Shown here one piece after another: positions 1-9,349 of a stretch of DNA of 64,000 nucleotides. The position numbers and the translations under genes were made by a program. The stretch's first letter is position 1; the number at the start of each line of letters is the position of its first letter. A model generated the notes under the pieces. The model saw only the letters and a list, made by a program, of their open reading frames with translations. It was not told where the DNA came from and did not search any database. Origin of the DNA: Desulfosudaceae bacterium (GTDB taxonomy: Bacteria; Desulfobacterota; Desulfobacteria; Desulfobacterales; Desulfosudaceae); NCBI GenBank assembly GCA_963674745.2, contig CAXXDV010000001.1, positions 2,272,001-2,336,000 on the forward strand. Direction: 5' to 3'.

Positions 1-1026
1 CGGCCCCTGGGCATCCCCGCCTTGGAGGACAAACTTGTCCAGAAGGCGGTGGCCATGATCCTGACGGAGATATACGAACCGGATTTTCTGGATTGTTCGT
101 ACGGATACCGACCGGATAAAGGGGCCAAGGACGCGATCGGCGACCTGACGTTTCAGTTTCAGTTCGGCGTATTCGGCTATGTTGTGGAAGCGGATATCAA
201 AAGTTATTTTGATACCATTAACCATGATAAGCTGATGGCCATACTGGAGAAACGGATCAATGATCGGGCGTTCTTGCGGTTGATCAGAAAATGGCTGAAA
301 GCGGGCATCCTGCATCCGGACGGACAGGTCGAGCATCCGGTTACCGGGACGCCCCAGGGAGGACTCGTATCTCCCGTCCTGTCGAACATTTATCTGCATG
401 AGGTGCTGGATAAATGGTTCCAGGAGGTAGTCAAACCGAGGCTGGCAGGCCGTGCCATCATGTGCAGATATGCGGATGACTGGGTATGCGCCTTTCAATA
501 TCGGGAAGATGCGGACCGGTTCTATGATGTTCTTTCGAAACGCCTCGGCTGCTATGGTCTTGAGGTGGAGCCGAGCAAGACAAAGGTCATCCGGTTCAGC
601 CGATTCCAACCCGGCCGGGAGCGTGACAGGACGTTCACGTTTCTGGGGTTCGAATTTTACTGGTCAAAAGACCGCAAAGGTGTTGCCCGGGCACAGCGTC
701 GCACGGCTCCGGCCAAGCAACGTGAAGCCTTGGCGCGTATGAGAGATTGGTTGAAGAAGTCCCGGCATCTGCCGAAAAGACAAATCTTTGATGGGCTGAA
801 ACGTAAGCTGACCGGCCATTACAATTATTTTTATGTACGGGGGAATGCCCGTGCGGTATGGTCGTTTTACAGAGATGTGATCAGCTCGGCATTTAAATGG
901 CTGAATCGCAGAAGCCAGCGTAAAAGCTATAATTGGGAACGATTTAAGCAGGTCTTAGAATACGTAAAAATACCGAAACCGAAGCTGACGGAAAAGAAAC
1001 GTTTTCGCACGTGCGCGTTGAGCTAA
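1..1026 (+). CDS. ltrA: group II intron reverse transcriptase/maturase (5'-partial, no En domain)
   Basis: Open from base 1 (RPLGIPALEDK); GTPQGG and RYADD motifs and domain X (GHYNYF); ends without an HNH domain. Confidence 0.95.
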   Translation, partial: RPLGIPALEDKLVQKAVAMILTEIYEPDFLDCSYGYRPDKGAKDAIGDLTFQFQFGVFGYVVEADIKSYFDTINHDKLMAILEKRINDRAFLRLIRKWLKAGILHPDGQVEHPVTGTPQGGLVSPVLSNIYLHEVLDKWFQEVVKPRLAGRAIMCRYADDWVCAFQYREDADRFYDVLSKRLGCYGLEVEPSKTKVIRFSRFQPGRERDRTFTFLGFEFYWSKDRKGVARAQRRTAPAKQREALARMRDWLKKSRHLPKRQIFDGLKRKLTGHYNYFYVRGNARAVWSFYRDVISSAFKWLNRRSQRKSYNWERFKQVLEYVKIPKPKLTEKKRFRTCALS

Positions 1027-1126
1027 GCCGACACGGAAGCGAGTATAACCGAGGAACCGGATGCGGGAAAACCGCACGTCCGGGACTGTGTGGGGGGTGC
1101 CGGGTAACCGGCATTCCTACCACGAC
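1..1126 (+). mobile_element. 3' part of a group II intron (RT ORF, domains V and VI); 5' end outside window
   Basis: The RT ORF is followed by DV GAACCGGATGCGGGAAAACCGCACGTCCGGGAC (~1054-1086), a DVI hairpin with bulged A at 1119, and a terminal AC at 1125-1126. Confidence 0.93.
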
Positions 1127-1141
1127 TACGCAAAGGATATT

Positions 1142-1588
1142 ATGGACGAGAAAGAATTTTGGAATATCTTGGGAATGCTCAACTGGGATAAAACGGGTGA
1201 TGATGAAGCAGTCGTTGAGCCAGTTGTAAGCTATCTATCCAACCAATCGGACGAAGATATATTCCAATTTGAAGAGTTGCTCGCTCAAAAGCTATATGCG
1301 CTTGATACAAAAGCACATGCTAAAGAAATTGGTGAGGACGCATACATAAATGATGATCAATATTTTTCAGTTGATTGTTTTTTATATGCACGGTGTGTAG
1401 TCGTCGCAAACGGTAAGGAATTGTTCGAAGATGCTCTAAACAATCCATCAGAATTTCCTAAAGATATGGAGTTCGAAGCTATATTGTACGTTGCTCAAGA
1501 TGCTTATGAACGAAAAAATGGGAAAAAATGGAATTATGTATCCCCCACCAGTTATGAAACATTTAAAAATGTTGGTGGTTGGGAATAA
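1142..1588 (+). CDS. DUF4240-like protein (cassette 1)
   Basis: MDEKEFWNIL...FLYARCVVVANG resembles DUF4240; ATG follows AAGGA. Confidence 0.75.
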   Translation: MDEKEFWNILGMLNWDKTGDDEAVVEPVVSYLSNQSDEDIFQFEELLAQKLYALDTKAHAKEIGEDAYINDDQYFSVDCFLYARCVVVANGKELFEDALNNPSEFPKDMEFEAILYVAQDAYERKNGKKWNYVSPTSYETFKNVGGWE

Positions 1589-1590
1589 GC

Positions 1591-1714
1591 GTATAACAAC
1601 GCCACTCACACTGACTCGCAGGGGCGGGCTGTTTTTGTATTTGCGTAGTTTGGTGTTAAACTCACTTTAGCGAAGTCCGCAACCCCTGCTCGCCGGTGGT
1701 GGCGGACGTTATGC
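1591..1714 (+). repeat. attC site (family A, 124 bp)
   Basis: GTATAAC ... GCAGGGG/CCCCTGC arms ... GTTATGC. Confidence 0.88.
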
Positions 1715-1724
1715 GTCATAAGAA

Positions 1725-2315
1725 ATGATCATAATCAATAAAACCACTTTAAGTTTAATTCTCTGCCTGCTCTTATTATTGATTGGCTTTGGTTGCCTAC
1801 CCAAAGCATCGTATCATATGGAAGGTTATGAAGTTAAACCTGACAGATCAGAACATGGAACAGTTGAATTATATTGCAGAATTGTCTGTACACATTCCGG
1901 ATCATCAAGTTTAGTTGCAGGACACAGTGTATATGGAGCGCCTTATAAGTTAGAAGTTGAAGCGAGGACTTACGATAATAGATGGGAAGATTTGACAATC
2001 CGAAAAATTAATATTGCGCTTAAAGACAAAACTATCAAAATATTGGAGGGGTCTTTGAGCGACCAAGTTTTCCAATTTAATCGAAGCCCTTCAAGGCATG
2101 ATCCGCACGAAAATGAACACAAAGAAATTGTATATGAAACGGAAGCCCAATTTCCAATTGAGTTGACGTGGAATAAAGATAAAACTGCAGAAATCACGGT
2201 TCTGTTTAGCCTGACCAGTAAAGGTGAAACATTAAATGGCGTTCATCACTGCAAAGTAGATGCATATGAAATAAATCGTGAATCATCAATGTGGGATGCT
2301 ATGATGGGAATATAA
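1725..2315 (+). CDS. putative lipoprotein (cassette 2)
   Basis: Hydrophobic signal ending FGC; ORF fills the cassette. Confidence 0.7.
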   Translation: MIIINKTTLSLILCLLLLLIGFGCLPKASYHMEGYEVKPDRSEHGTVELYCRIVCTHSGSSSLVAGHSVYGAPYKLEVEARTYDNRWEDLTIRKINIALKDKTIKILEGSLSDQVFQFNRSPSRHDPHENEHKEIVYETEAQFPIELTWNKDKTAEITVLFSLTSKGETLNGVHHCKVDAYEINRESSMWDAMMGI

Positions 2316-2329
2316 CCCAATAGTAAAAC

Positions 2330-2455
2330 GCATAACAAGCCAGCCCAGCAGGATCGCCAGGGCAGGCTTTGTTGGGTAACCGGGGGAAGTGAAAATCTTT
2401 AAACTATAAGTCAGTCGGTGGAAGCCCTGGCGCCCTCTGGCTGAAGACGTTATAA
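2330..2455 (+). repeat. attC site (family B, 126 bp)
   Basis: GCATAAC ... GCCAGGGC/GCCCTGGC ... GTTATAA. Confidence 0.9.
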
Positions 2456-2460
2456 ACATT

Positions 2461-2961
2461 ATGCAAAATGTCTTTGTAATAACTGTAGTTGCTTTTTTTC
2501 TCGATGTAATTCTTTCTGCCACTTGGAATTCAACATATTTCCTGTTTGGAGTGCTTGCTTATAAAAAATCATATCGTATTAAAGGCAAGACCCTTGATGA
2601 TCTACCTAACAATATAAGAAAGGATGGTGATCATATCACTTGGGCAAGGTATAAGATTAAGCAAGTAGATAACAGGACATTTCTTTTAAGAAAAAATTTA
2701 TGGTATTTCGGTTTCAGCTTTTCAATGCCAATCATTCGATGGAGAATCAAAGTTCATGACAATGGACAATATTTTAGCTTAACGGCTTTGTATCAATTCT
2801 ACCCAATAGTCCTTCTCTTAGGAATAGGAACAATGTCAGTTCCAGCATTTATCACCATTGTATCCATATTTGTGGCCTTCTTCATATTGAGAACCAAGCT
2901 TGGAGTTGAACCTTTTCATAATGCAGAAGTTGAAAAAATTTGTGGTTTTATAAGAAATTAA
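2461..2961 (+). CDS. hypothetical membrane protein (cassette 3)
   Basis: ORF fills the cassette; hydrophobic segments. Confidence 0.7.
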   Translation: MQNVFVITVVAFFLDVILSATWNSTYFLFGVLAYKKSYRIKGKTLDDLPNNIRKDGDHITWARYKIKQVDNRTFLLRKNLWYFGFSFSMPIIRWRIKVHDNGQYFSLTALYQFYPIVLLLGIGTMSVPAFITIVSIFVAFFILRTKLGVEPFHNAEVEKICGFIRN

Positions 2962-2969
2962 AAAATAGT

Positions 2970-3091
2970 TTATAACAATTCAGCCCAGTAGGATCGCCAG
3001 GGCAGGCTTTGTTGGGCAACTGAGGGAAGTGAGCAGTAATCATCTATAATTAAGTCGGTGGGAACCCTGGCTCCCTCTGGCTGAAGACGTT
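2970..3091 (+). repeat. attC site (family B), R' interrupted by a MITE
   Basis: TTATAAC at 2970, family-B body, GTT at 3089-3091; the core resumes as GTTATGT at 3308. Confidence 0.88.
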
Positions 3092-3307
3092 GAGGCTGTA
3101 GAAAAAGTAAAATTTGAGTAAAACATAGGGTTTTGCCGCCAATTTTTGAAAACCTGAAAGTTATATAAGATTTTGTATGATCTCTGTGAAGCCATCTAAA
3201 ATAGATGGTTTGCAAGGATTTTATGTTTTAGTATAAAATATATTCTACGAAGGTGTTTTTCTGAAAAAAGATAAAATTTATCGAAAATAGACTTTTCCTA
3301 CAGACTC
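3092..3307. mobile_element. 216-bp MITE with 17-bp terminal inverted repeats
   Basis: GAGGCTGTAGAAAAAGT ... ACTTTTCCTACAGACTC (2 mismatches), flanked by GTT on both sides. Confidence 0.82.
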
Positions 3308-3344
3308 GTTATGTGCCGGATTAAAATGTGTTGAGACCTTCTAA

Positions 3345-3524
3345 ATGATATTTCGTGTATTAAAATACATTGCTTCTGAAATGCTTGAGTGGATTATATG
3401 CATAGCTCTTATTGTCACTCTAATGCTAGCTTTCCGTTATTCATATTTTTGGATTTTATTTTCTGTTTTGCTGGTAGGAGTTGTATATTACATTTTGCGA
3501 AAAAAACCCGACGTCAAAATATAG
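3345..3524 (+). CDS. 59-aa small membrane protein (cassette 4; not in ORF track)
   Basis: Manual translation: MIFRVLKYIASEMLEWIICIALIVTLMLAFRYSYFWILFSVLLVGVVYYILRKKPDVKI. Confidence 0.55.
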   Translation: MIFRVLKYIASEMLEWIICIALIVTLMLAFRYSYFWILFSVLLVGVVYYILRKKPDVKI

Positions 3525-3602
3525 ATATAGGGAATAAAAATAATCAGAACATAAGAAAGTTTGAAAAATAAAAAATTATAATTTACCAAAATAAAAACAA
3601 GC

Positions 3603-3726
3603 ACATAACAACACCATGCACTTGACTCGCAGGGGCGGGCTGTTTTTCAAACGTCGCGGTTCGGTGTTAACGTGGCTTTGCAATAGTCACTTTTCCCCTG
3701 CTCCCAAGTGACGGTGGACGTTATCT
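3603..3726 (+). repeat. attC site (family A, 124 bp)
   Basis: ACATAAC ... GTTATCT; similar to 1591 and 12717. Confidence 0.9.
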
Positions 3727-3744
3727 TTTAGAAGCATCGAAAAT

Positions 3745-4389
3745 ATGAAGATAAAATTTGTCGGTATAGTTTTAATTGTAATTGGGTTCACAATCCCATT
3801 TGTCTTAAAGGAAATTGTACCGACCTTCATGTATGCCGCGATATTATCGCAAATTTGTTTTTGGTTCGGCCTCTATACAATCCTTACCCCTATTCATCCT
3901 AATAGCATTTACACACCATATCTTCGGTGGGCGCGATATGGTGTTTTATTGAATTTTGGGCTGAGTTTTTTTGCAATAGCATTTGGTTATATGTTTTTAT
4001 ACTTTGGTCTTGATAAAATATTTGGTGTCTTTTTAATACGTTTGCTCTTTTTCTTAACAAACCCCATTCAATCCACTTTTGATTTTTTCGCTCCCAATCC
4101 TATGGTGCTACAGCCTGACGAATCTTTCATTGGAACAATAAGCTTTATTAGGGCGTTGCTAATTGAGTTCTTCAATATATTATTCTTTTGTTGCGTGGGT
4201 GTTTTAGCCAAAATAATTAAAGAAAAGATAACAAGGCCGCGCAATGGATCGCCAGGGCACCCGGCTTTTGAACATTCGGGGGTAAACGAATATAAACCAT
4301 CTTTAAGGCAAGTCAGTGGAAGCCCTGGCTCCCATTGGCGGCCGCCGTTCGGCAAGCCTATAAATATTGTACAAGTGTCAAAGGTATAA
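3745..4389 (+). CDS. multi-TM membrane protein (cassette 5), reads through its attC
   Basis: Several TM segments; no stop before R'' at 4226. Confidence 0.7.
   Translation: MKIKFVGIVLIVIGFTIPFVLKEIVPTFMYAAILSQICFWFGLYTILTPIHPNSIYTPYLRWARYGVLLNFGLSFFAIAFGYMFLYFGLDKIFGVFLIRLLFFLTNPIQSTFDFFAPNPMVLQPDESFIGTISFIRALLIEFFNILFFCCVGVLAKIIKEKITRPRNGSPGHPAFEHSGVNEYKPSLRQVSGSPGSHWRPPFGKPINIVQVSKV
4226..4353 (+). repeat. attC site (family B, 128 bp)
   Basis: AGATAAC ... GTTCGGC. Confidence 0.9.
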
Positions 4390-4413
4390 TTAATTTTAAT
4401 CAATAATTCCACT

Positions 4414-5007
4414 ATGAAAGTGAAACGATATTGTATAGTATTATTTAGATTTGCACTCCTTAATTTATTTGGATTAGTCTTAATCTTTTATGTGCCACTT
4501 GAGCTTTGGTACTTATCGTGGCCAAAAGTAAAAGCGGAGATTATTAAATCTGTGCATGAGTATGATTGCTACCCGCCGAACTCACCTAAATGTACTCCAA
4601 AAGCAACAATAGTATACAAATATGATATTATTGGGAAAAGTTACACATGTAATAATTATTCTCTCCATGGAGTATATAAGCCTTCGTCAATAATCCATTC
4701 GTTCAAAACACAACAGATTCTAGTAGAGCGATTATTAAATAATTACCCGGTCAATAGCAGCATTACAGTCTATTACAACAAAAACAAACCCCATCAGGCC
4801 GCAATCAACCCAAATATGTCAATGGGTGAGTGGCTGTATATTATAGTATGGACATTTATTGGTGGAATAGTTGTTCGCTCATGGACTATGAAAAATAAAG
4901 AACATCTTTCTCTGACTTATGATTTTAAACTGTTTATTACCTGTGTTATTTTACTTTTATTAGGTTCGATTATCGGAAATGCAATCATTGTGCTCCTAAC
5001 GAAATAA
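4414..5007 (+). CDS. DUF3592-like membrane protein (cassette 6)
   Basis: TM, then SWPKVKAEI...ITVYYNKNKPHQA, then TM. Confidence 0.65.
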   Translation: MKVKRYCIVLFRFALLNLFGLVLIFYVPLELWYLSWPKVKAEIIKSVHEYDCYPPNSPKCTPKATIVYKYDIIGKSYTCNNYSLHGVYKPSSIIHSFKTQQILVERLLNNYPVNSSITVYYNKNKPHQAAINPNMSMGEWLYIIVWTFIGGIVVRSWTMKNKEHLSLTYDFKLFITCVILLLLGSIIGNAIIVLLTK

Positions 5008-5013
5008 AAAGAT

Positions 5014-5137
5014 GCCGAACCACACGTTGGTAACGACCGCAAGGGGCGGTCGATTTTGGCACTTACCAAATAATTTAAAAAACGTGTCTTCGGCGGCGGA
5101 CCGTTCCCCTTGCGGCCCCACACCGTGGACGTTCGGC
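5014..5137 (+). repeat. attC site (A-like variant, 124 bp)
   Basis: GCCGAAC ... CCGCAAGGGG/CCCCTTGCGG ... GTTCGGC. Confidence 0.85.
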
Positions 5138-5148
5138 CGACACATAAT

Positions 5149-5532
5149 ATGCAACCATTTACATCACAAGGTAGAAAATTACGATTGGCGCTAATGCCAA
5201 TTTCATATTTTATTGCCTTCGCGACAATATATATTATGTTGATCTGCCTTGCTAAAATTGAAAACTCAAGTATCAAAGGTCTTCTTCAAACAGATAATTT
5301 ATGGCCGCTCGCGATTATCCTCCCGTGTTTTATCTTTGGGAAAATTCTGGGGCTTATGGCTATAAATGGCATTGCATATTTAATTCCCCATTTGCGTAAT
5401 GTTTTTGAGAATGAAGTAGCTGAAACAGGTCGTAATAATTTTTTCCAGGCAATGAAGGGACTTAGTATCGCTCTTGCCATATCGTTAATCATTACTGTGT
5501 TAGGAGCTATTTTATTCCTCCAATATAAATAA
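5149..5532 (+). CDS. hypothetical membrane protein (cassette 7)
   Basis: First ATG after R'; 3 TM segments. Confidence 0.7.
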   Translation: MQPFTSQGRKLRLALMPISYFIAFATIYIMLICLAKIENSSIKGLLQTDNLWPLAIILPCFIFGKILGLMAINGIAYLIPHLRNVFENEVAETGRNNFFQAMKGLSIALAISLIITVLGAILFLQYK

Positions 5533-5537
5533 TTATG

Positions 5538-5666
5538 GCCGAACAAGGCAGCTCAAGAGGATCGCCAGGGCATTCGGCTTTTGAACATTCGGGGGGAAAT
5601 AAACATTAACCGTCTTTAAGGCAAGTCTGTGGGAGCCCTGGCGCCCTTTGGCTGCCGCCGTTATGT
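5538..5666 (+). repeat. attC site (family B, 129 bp)
   Basis: GCCGAAC ... GTTATGT. Confidence 0.9.
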
Positions 5667-5676
5667 TTCAAAAGGC

Positions 5677-6189
5677 ATGAGAAAAAATAATTTCCAGGCT
5701 CTATTATTCTTTGTTGGCATGATTTTCATGTTTTTGCTTTGTTCATGCCAGTTTTCTGAAAACAGGCATCTCAAACGAGAGGTAAAAAGAAATGAATTGA
5801 TTGGTACATGGATAGCAACGCCATTTGCGATAAAATGTTTACAATGGTCAGGTTTTAAGAATCACCTTGCTACAAACGATCATCAGTTGGTTTTAAATGA
5901 GAATGGATCATGCAGATACAAATCATTTCAAAATTTTTTTATTATCTCAGGTTCAACTCCCAAATATCTTGATGTCGATGATTGTAAGTGGGAACTTATC
6001 AGCAAAACCGAACACCAACAACAGTATATAACTATCACCCTATCATCGTCACCTGAGGGAAGCGGAGGCCCTTATTTTTATTTCGACGAAAAAGACAAAA
6101 AATTGATCCTGTGGCAATATTGTAGTGATCCAGATCAGTGGAAATATATGGAATTTTTTAAGGTAGATTCAAAAAACAAAAAAACATAA
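5677..6189 (+). CDS. putative lipoprotein (cassette 8)
   Basis: MRKNN...LLCSC lipobox-like signal. Confidence 0.7.
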   Translation: MRKNNFQALLFFVGMIFMFLLCSCQFSENRHLKREVKRNELIGTWIATPFAIKCLQWSGFKNHLATNDHQLVLNENGSCRYKSFQNFFIISGSTPKYLDVDDCKWELISKTEHQQQYITITLSSSPEGSGGPYFYFDEKDKKLILWQYCSDPDQWKYMEFFKVDSKNKKT

Positions 6190-6311
6190 CCATGCCGCCC
6201 AAAGGATCGCCAGGGCAGTCGGATTTTGAACAGTCGGGGGGAGACGAACATTAACCATCTTTAAGGCAAGTCAGTGGAAGCCCTGGCTCCCATTGGCGGC
6301 CGCCGTTAAGT
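6184..6311 (+). repeat. attC site (family B, 128 bp)
   Basis: ACATAAC ... GTTAAGT. Confidence 0.9.
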
Positions 6312-6324
6312 GCATATAAAACAT

Positions 6325-6936
6325 ATGTCAAAATGGTATATTTTGCCCGGAATGGGCGCAACTTCAGCGATGTATGATTCGCTTAAGCCCGAAATTGATT
6401 TTGAGGTCAACTTTTTAGATTGGCCTGAATATAAGGGTGAAACAACCTACATGGAGGTTGCAGCACGGATTATAACTGAAAACGATATATCAGACGGAGA
6501 TATTGTTGGAGGATCATCCCTGGGGGGAATGGTCGCTCTCGAAATTGCACAGATATTGCGGCCAAGAACAACTGTGCTTCTTGGGAGTGCTATAAATAAG
6601 CGAGAAGTTCAGAGTGTCCTTTCTATCTTGTCCCCTTTGGCAGCTGTAACCCCAATATCATTGATTCAATTTTTGGTGGGGAAACACAAAAGTTTAATAG
6701 CGAAAATGTTTTCCAATTGCGATTCTGGATTTATTCGGGCCATGTGCTTGCATTTACGTTCATGGCCAGGCTATTCCGGCCCGAATGAGAACATAATTCG
6801 GCTTCATGGCCGGAAAGACCATGTAATTCCGTGTCCAGCAACTGGCGCAGAGATTATTGATGGTGCTGGCCATTTATTGGCAATGACACATCCTAAAGAA
6901 ACTGGGCAGTTTTTAAAAAATGTACACAGCACTTAA
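6325..6936 (+). CDS. alpha/beta hydrolase (cassette 9)
   Basis: LPGMGA, GSSLGG nucleophile elbow, HGRKD and GAGH motifs. Confidence 0.85.
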   Translation: MSKWYILPGMGATSAMYDSLKPEIDFEVNFLDWPEYKGETTYMEVAARIITENDISDGDIVGGSSLGGMVALEIAQILRPRTTVLLGSAINKREVQSVLSILSPLAAVTPISLIQFLVGKHKSLIAKMFSNCDSGFIRAMCLHLRSWPGYSGPNENIIRLHGRKDHVIPCPATGAEIIDGAGHLLAMTHPKETGQFLKNVHST

Positions 6937-7059
6937 CCATTCAGCGCAATAGGATCGCCAGGGCACCCGGGTTTTGAACAGCCATGCTGAGTTGAAATTT
7001 TAACCATCTTTAAGTCAGTCGGAGGAAGCCCTGGCGCCCTTTGGCTGAAGACGTTCGGC
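6931..7059 (+). repeat. attC site (family B, 129 bp)
   Basis: ACTTAAC ... GTTCGGC. Confidence 0.9.
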
Positions 7060-7079
7060 TTCTGATTGGAAATATCAAA

Positions 7080-7562
7080 ATGAAAAAGATATTTTTTTTA
7101 ATCATTCTCATTTTAGTGCTTAGTGATGCAAATGCGACTGAGATCGTTGACGTAAATACAAGTATCCTTGGAAAGGACGTAAACACCCCTCTTGAATTAT
7201 TCTCGGTGGGAGAAAATAATAAAAGTACCCTTCTTTATCCCACCAACATTCAATTAGATATTGAGAACAATTTATGCAAAGCTGTATCCATGCTTTTCCC
7301 AGACAATAAAATCAAACTTGATGAAATGAGAAAGATCATAAATACAAAGTATCCCGATACCGAATATATTGTAGGAGATAAATTTTGGGCTTGGCGGGTT
7401 GAAAATGGACATTTTACAATAACAATGTTCCCCCAAGAAGATTGTATCGAGGATTATAATTACATTAGAGTTGTTTACTTGATGTGGGTTAATGAAGATA
7501 TTGATGTTATAGTAGAAAGAGGCGAAAAAATTCTAAATTATCTACAGAAAAATATAGAGTAA
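7080..7562 (+). CDS. putative secreted protein (cassette 10)
   Basis: MKKIFFLIILILVLSDANA signal peptide. Confidence 0.7.
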   Translation: MKKIFFLIILILVLSDANATEIVDVNTSILGKDVNTPLELFSVGENNKSTLLYPTNIQLDIENNLCKAVSMLFPDNKIKLDEMRKIINTKYPDTEYIVGDKFWAWRVENGHFTITMFPQEDCIEDYNYIRVVYLMWVNEDIDVIVERGEKILNYLQKNIE

Positions 7563-7690
7563 GCCGAACCAAGCAGCGCAAGAGGATCGCCAGGGCATTC
7601 GGCTTTTGAACACTCAGGGGAAACTGAACATAAACCATCTATAAGACAGTCAGAGGATGCCCTGGCGCCCTTTGGCTGCAGACGTTCTGT
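7563..7690 (+). repeat. attC site (family B, 128 bp)
   Basis: GCCGAAC ... GTTCTGT. Confidence 0.9.
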
Positions 7691-7718
7691 GCAAAAAAAT
7701 TATCGGGGATAATTAACT

Positions 7719-8312
7719 GTGAATGAGAGTATTTGTTGGTATGAGATAAAACGAAAGACTATATTCTCGTATTTAATCCCGATACTTTTGACTGTATTCT
7801 GGCTAGGTTTTATAACGTTACTAAGCCAGTGCTCGGAAAAAGAAAAAAAATATGACAAGGAATTATGGCAACCCTGGCTTGAGATTAAGAATGAAAAAAT
7901 ACAATTTATCGAATTACACCCTATTCTCACAACTGGATACTACACCATCTCAAATGTGGCTAGGATTGAAGATAAACAATTGATTTCAAAAATTAAAGAG
8001 AATTTAAACAGAAGACTTATGACAAATGAAGATAAGATCGGTTACCATTGGTTCTCAAGTAAACGTCTTCGAATAACAGCTTATACAGAAAAGAAAGAAT
8101 TTTCATTTATCTTATTTTTTCATGGGGAATTTCCAAGTGTTCAATATCAAATGTTGGTGCCCACAAACGAAAAGCATAGCGCATTCAGGCCGCAGCAGTG
8201 CCCCGGTTTCTACGCTAGCGGTGAAGGATGGAGAAGTGCTAAATTGTATAATGTAATAAATGAATTTATCAGTCACTCAAAAAAGGTTCATTGGAACAAA
8301 TATGCTATTTAA
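7719..8312 (+). CDS. membrane-anchored hypothetical protein (cassette 11)
   Basis: N-terminal TM; ORF fills the cassette. Confidence 0.65.
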   Translation: MNESICWYEIKRKTIFSYLIPILLTVFWLGFITLLSQCSEKEKKYDKELWQPWLEIKNEKIQFIELHPILTTGYYTISNVARIEDKQLISKIKENLNRRLMTNEDKIGYHWFSSKRLRITAYTEKKEFSFILFFHGEFPSVQYQMLVPTNEKHSAFRPQQCPGFYASGEGWRSAKLYNVINEFISHSKKVHWNKYAI

Positions 8313-8373
8313 CTTAAACAATGTTCAATGAAACGCAAATAGATAGTGAAAATAATTCATTGAAGATAAAAGC

Positions 8374-8502
8374 ACAGAACAAGGCATCGCAAGAGGATCG
8401 CCAGGGCATTCGGGTTTTTGAACGGCTTGGGGAAATTGAACATTAACTTTCTTTAAGACAGTCAGAGGAAGCCTTGGCGCCCTTTGGCTGCCGCCGTTAT
8501 GT
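8374..8502 (+). repeat. attC site (family B, 129 bp)
   Basis: ACAGAAC ... GTTATGT. Confidence 0.9.
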
Positions 8503-8508
8503 CGAAAT

Positions 8509-9093
8509 ATGAAAAAGCTCATATCAATATTTCCAGCCATTTTAATATTAATTATTATTGGAATGTCGGCTTACAATGTCAAAACAGACCCAGATTATAA
8601 AACCTACGATGTTTTGAATGAAGCGATTGAAAAAGGTGACATTTCGACTGTAAAAACGATTATTGGCAAAGACAAAAAATTTCTTTCGTTTAGTAGGCCG
8701 GCACTTAACGAAGCTGTTTTTAATTGCCAACTTGAGATAGCTAAATACTTGATAAAAGCGGGCGCAAAGGTAAATCATAAATATGGGCGTCATAATTCGA
8801 CTGCTCTTCATGTAGCAGCATATAATTGTGATAATGCCGAAATCATAAATTTATTGATCAGGAACGGTGCTATAGTTGATATAAAAAATGATCTATTTGA
8901 AACACCGCTTATGCTCGCATCCGAAAATGGAAACATCAAAGCGATGAAGGTGCTTATAGATAATGGTGCAAATGTTAATGCAAGGAGTAGAGCATACGGA
9001 ATCCCTGTAGATTATGCGAAAAGGAATAGCTCCTTAAACGCAATTGATTTTTTGAAACAAAAAGGGGCAAAAACAATCAATAAAAATTTTTAA
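8509..9093 (+). CDS. ankyrin-repeat protein with N-terminal signal/TM (cassette 12)
   Basis: TALHVAA, TPLMLAS and LIxxGA repeats. Confidence 0.88.
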   Translation: MKKLISIFPAILILIIIGMSAYNVKTDPDYKTYDVLNEAIEKGDISTVKTIIGKDKKFLSFSRPALNEAVFNCQLEIAKYLIKAGAKVNHKYGRHNSTALHVAAYNCDNAEIINLLIRNGAIVDIKNDLFETPLMLASENGNIKAMKVLIDNGANVNARSRAYGIPVDYAKRNSSLNAIDFLKQKGAKTINKNF

Positions 9094-9094
9094 G

Positions 9095-9155
9095 ACATAA
9101 CGAACAAGGATAGATCGTGCGAGGTAACGAGCCACGATCTTATCCGGGGTTGAAC
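9095..9155. repeat. 61-bp attC-like hairpin formed at the end of the IS91-like element
   Basis: ACATAAC-GAACAA-GGATAGATCGTG...CACGATCTTATCC-GGG-GTTGAAC, with one extrahelical base. Confidence 0.65.
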
Positions 9156-9349
9156 AAGCCCGCTGAACTTTCACTATAAGAAAATATTTAATTTGGGATA
9201 GAGGGCAAAAGGCGTGAACCTGGAAAGTGCTTTTTTTGCAGGACGCAGGGATCCCTTAACCTGAAGGCAGGTTTTAAAAAGACAATTTTGTTCATGGGTG
9301 TGATTGCCTCCTGTTTTTTGTTGTGCCGGGTCATAACCGGGTCAGCGTT

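Noticed and set aside
1..1026. Retron, DGR or defence RT
   Set aside because: Domain X plus DV/DVI directly downstream identify a group II intron.
5629..5676. ORF-track starts inside attC sites or the intron (1061, 5110, 5629, 7041, 14714, 17155)
   Set aside because: More plausible ATGs lie just downstream of R', so the starts were reassigned.
9188..9295. 35-aa ORF with AGGAGG downstream of the transposase (minus strand)
   Set aside because: No recognisable motif, long SD spacing, and it overlaps the probable ori region; unsupported.
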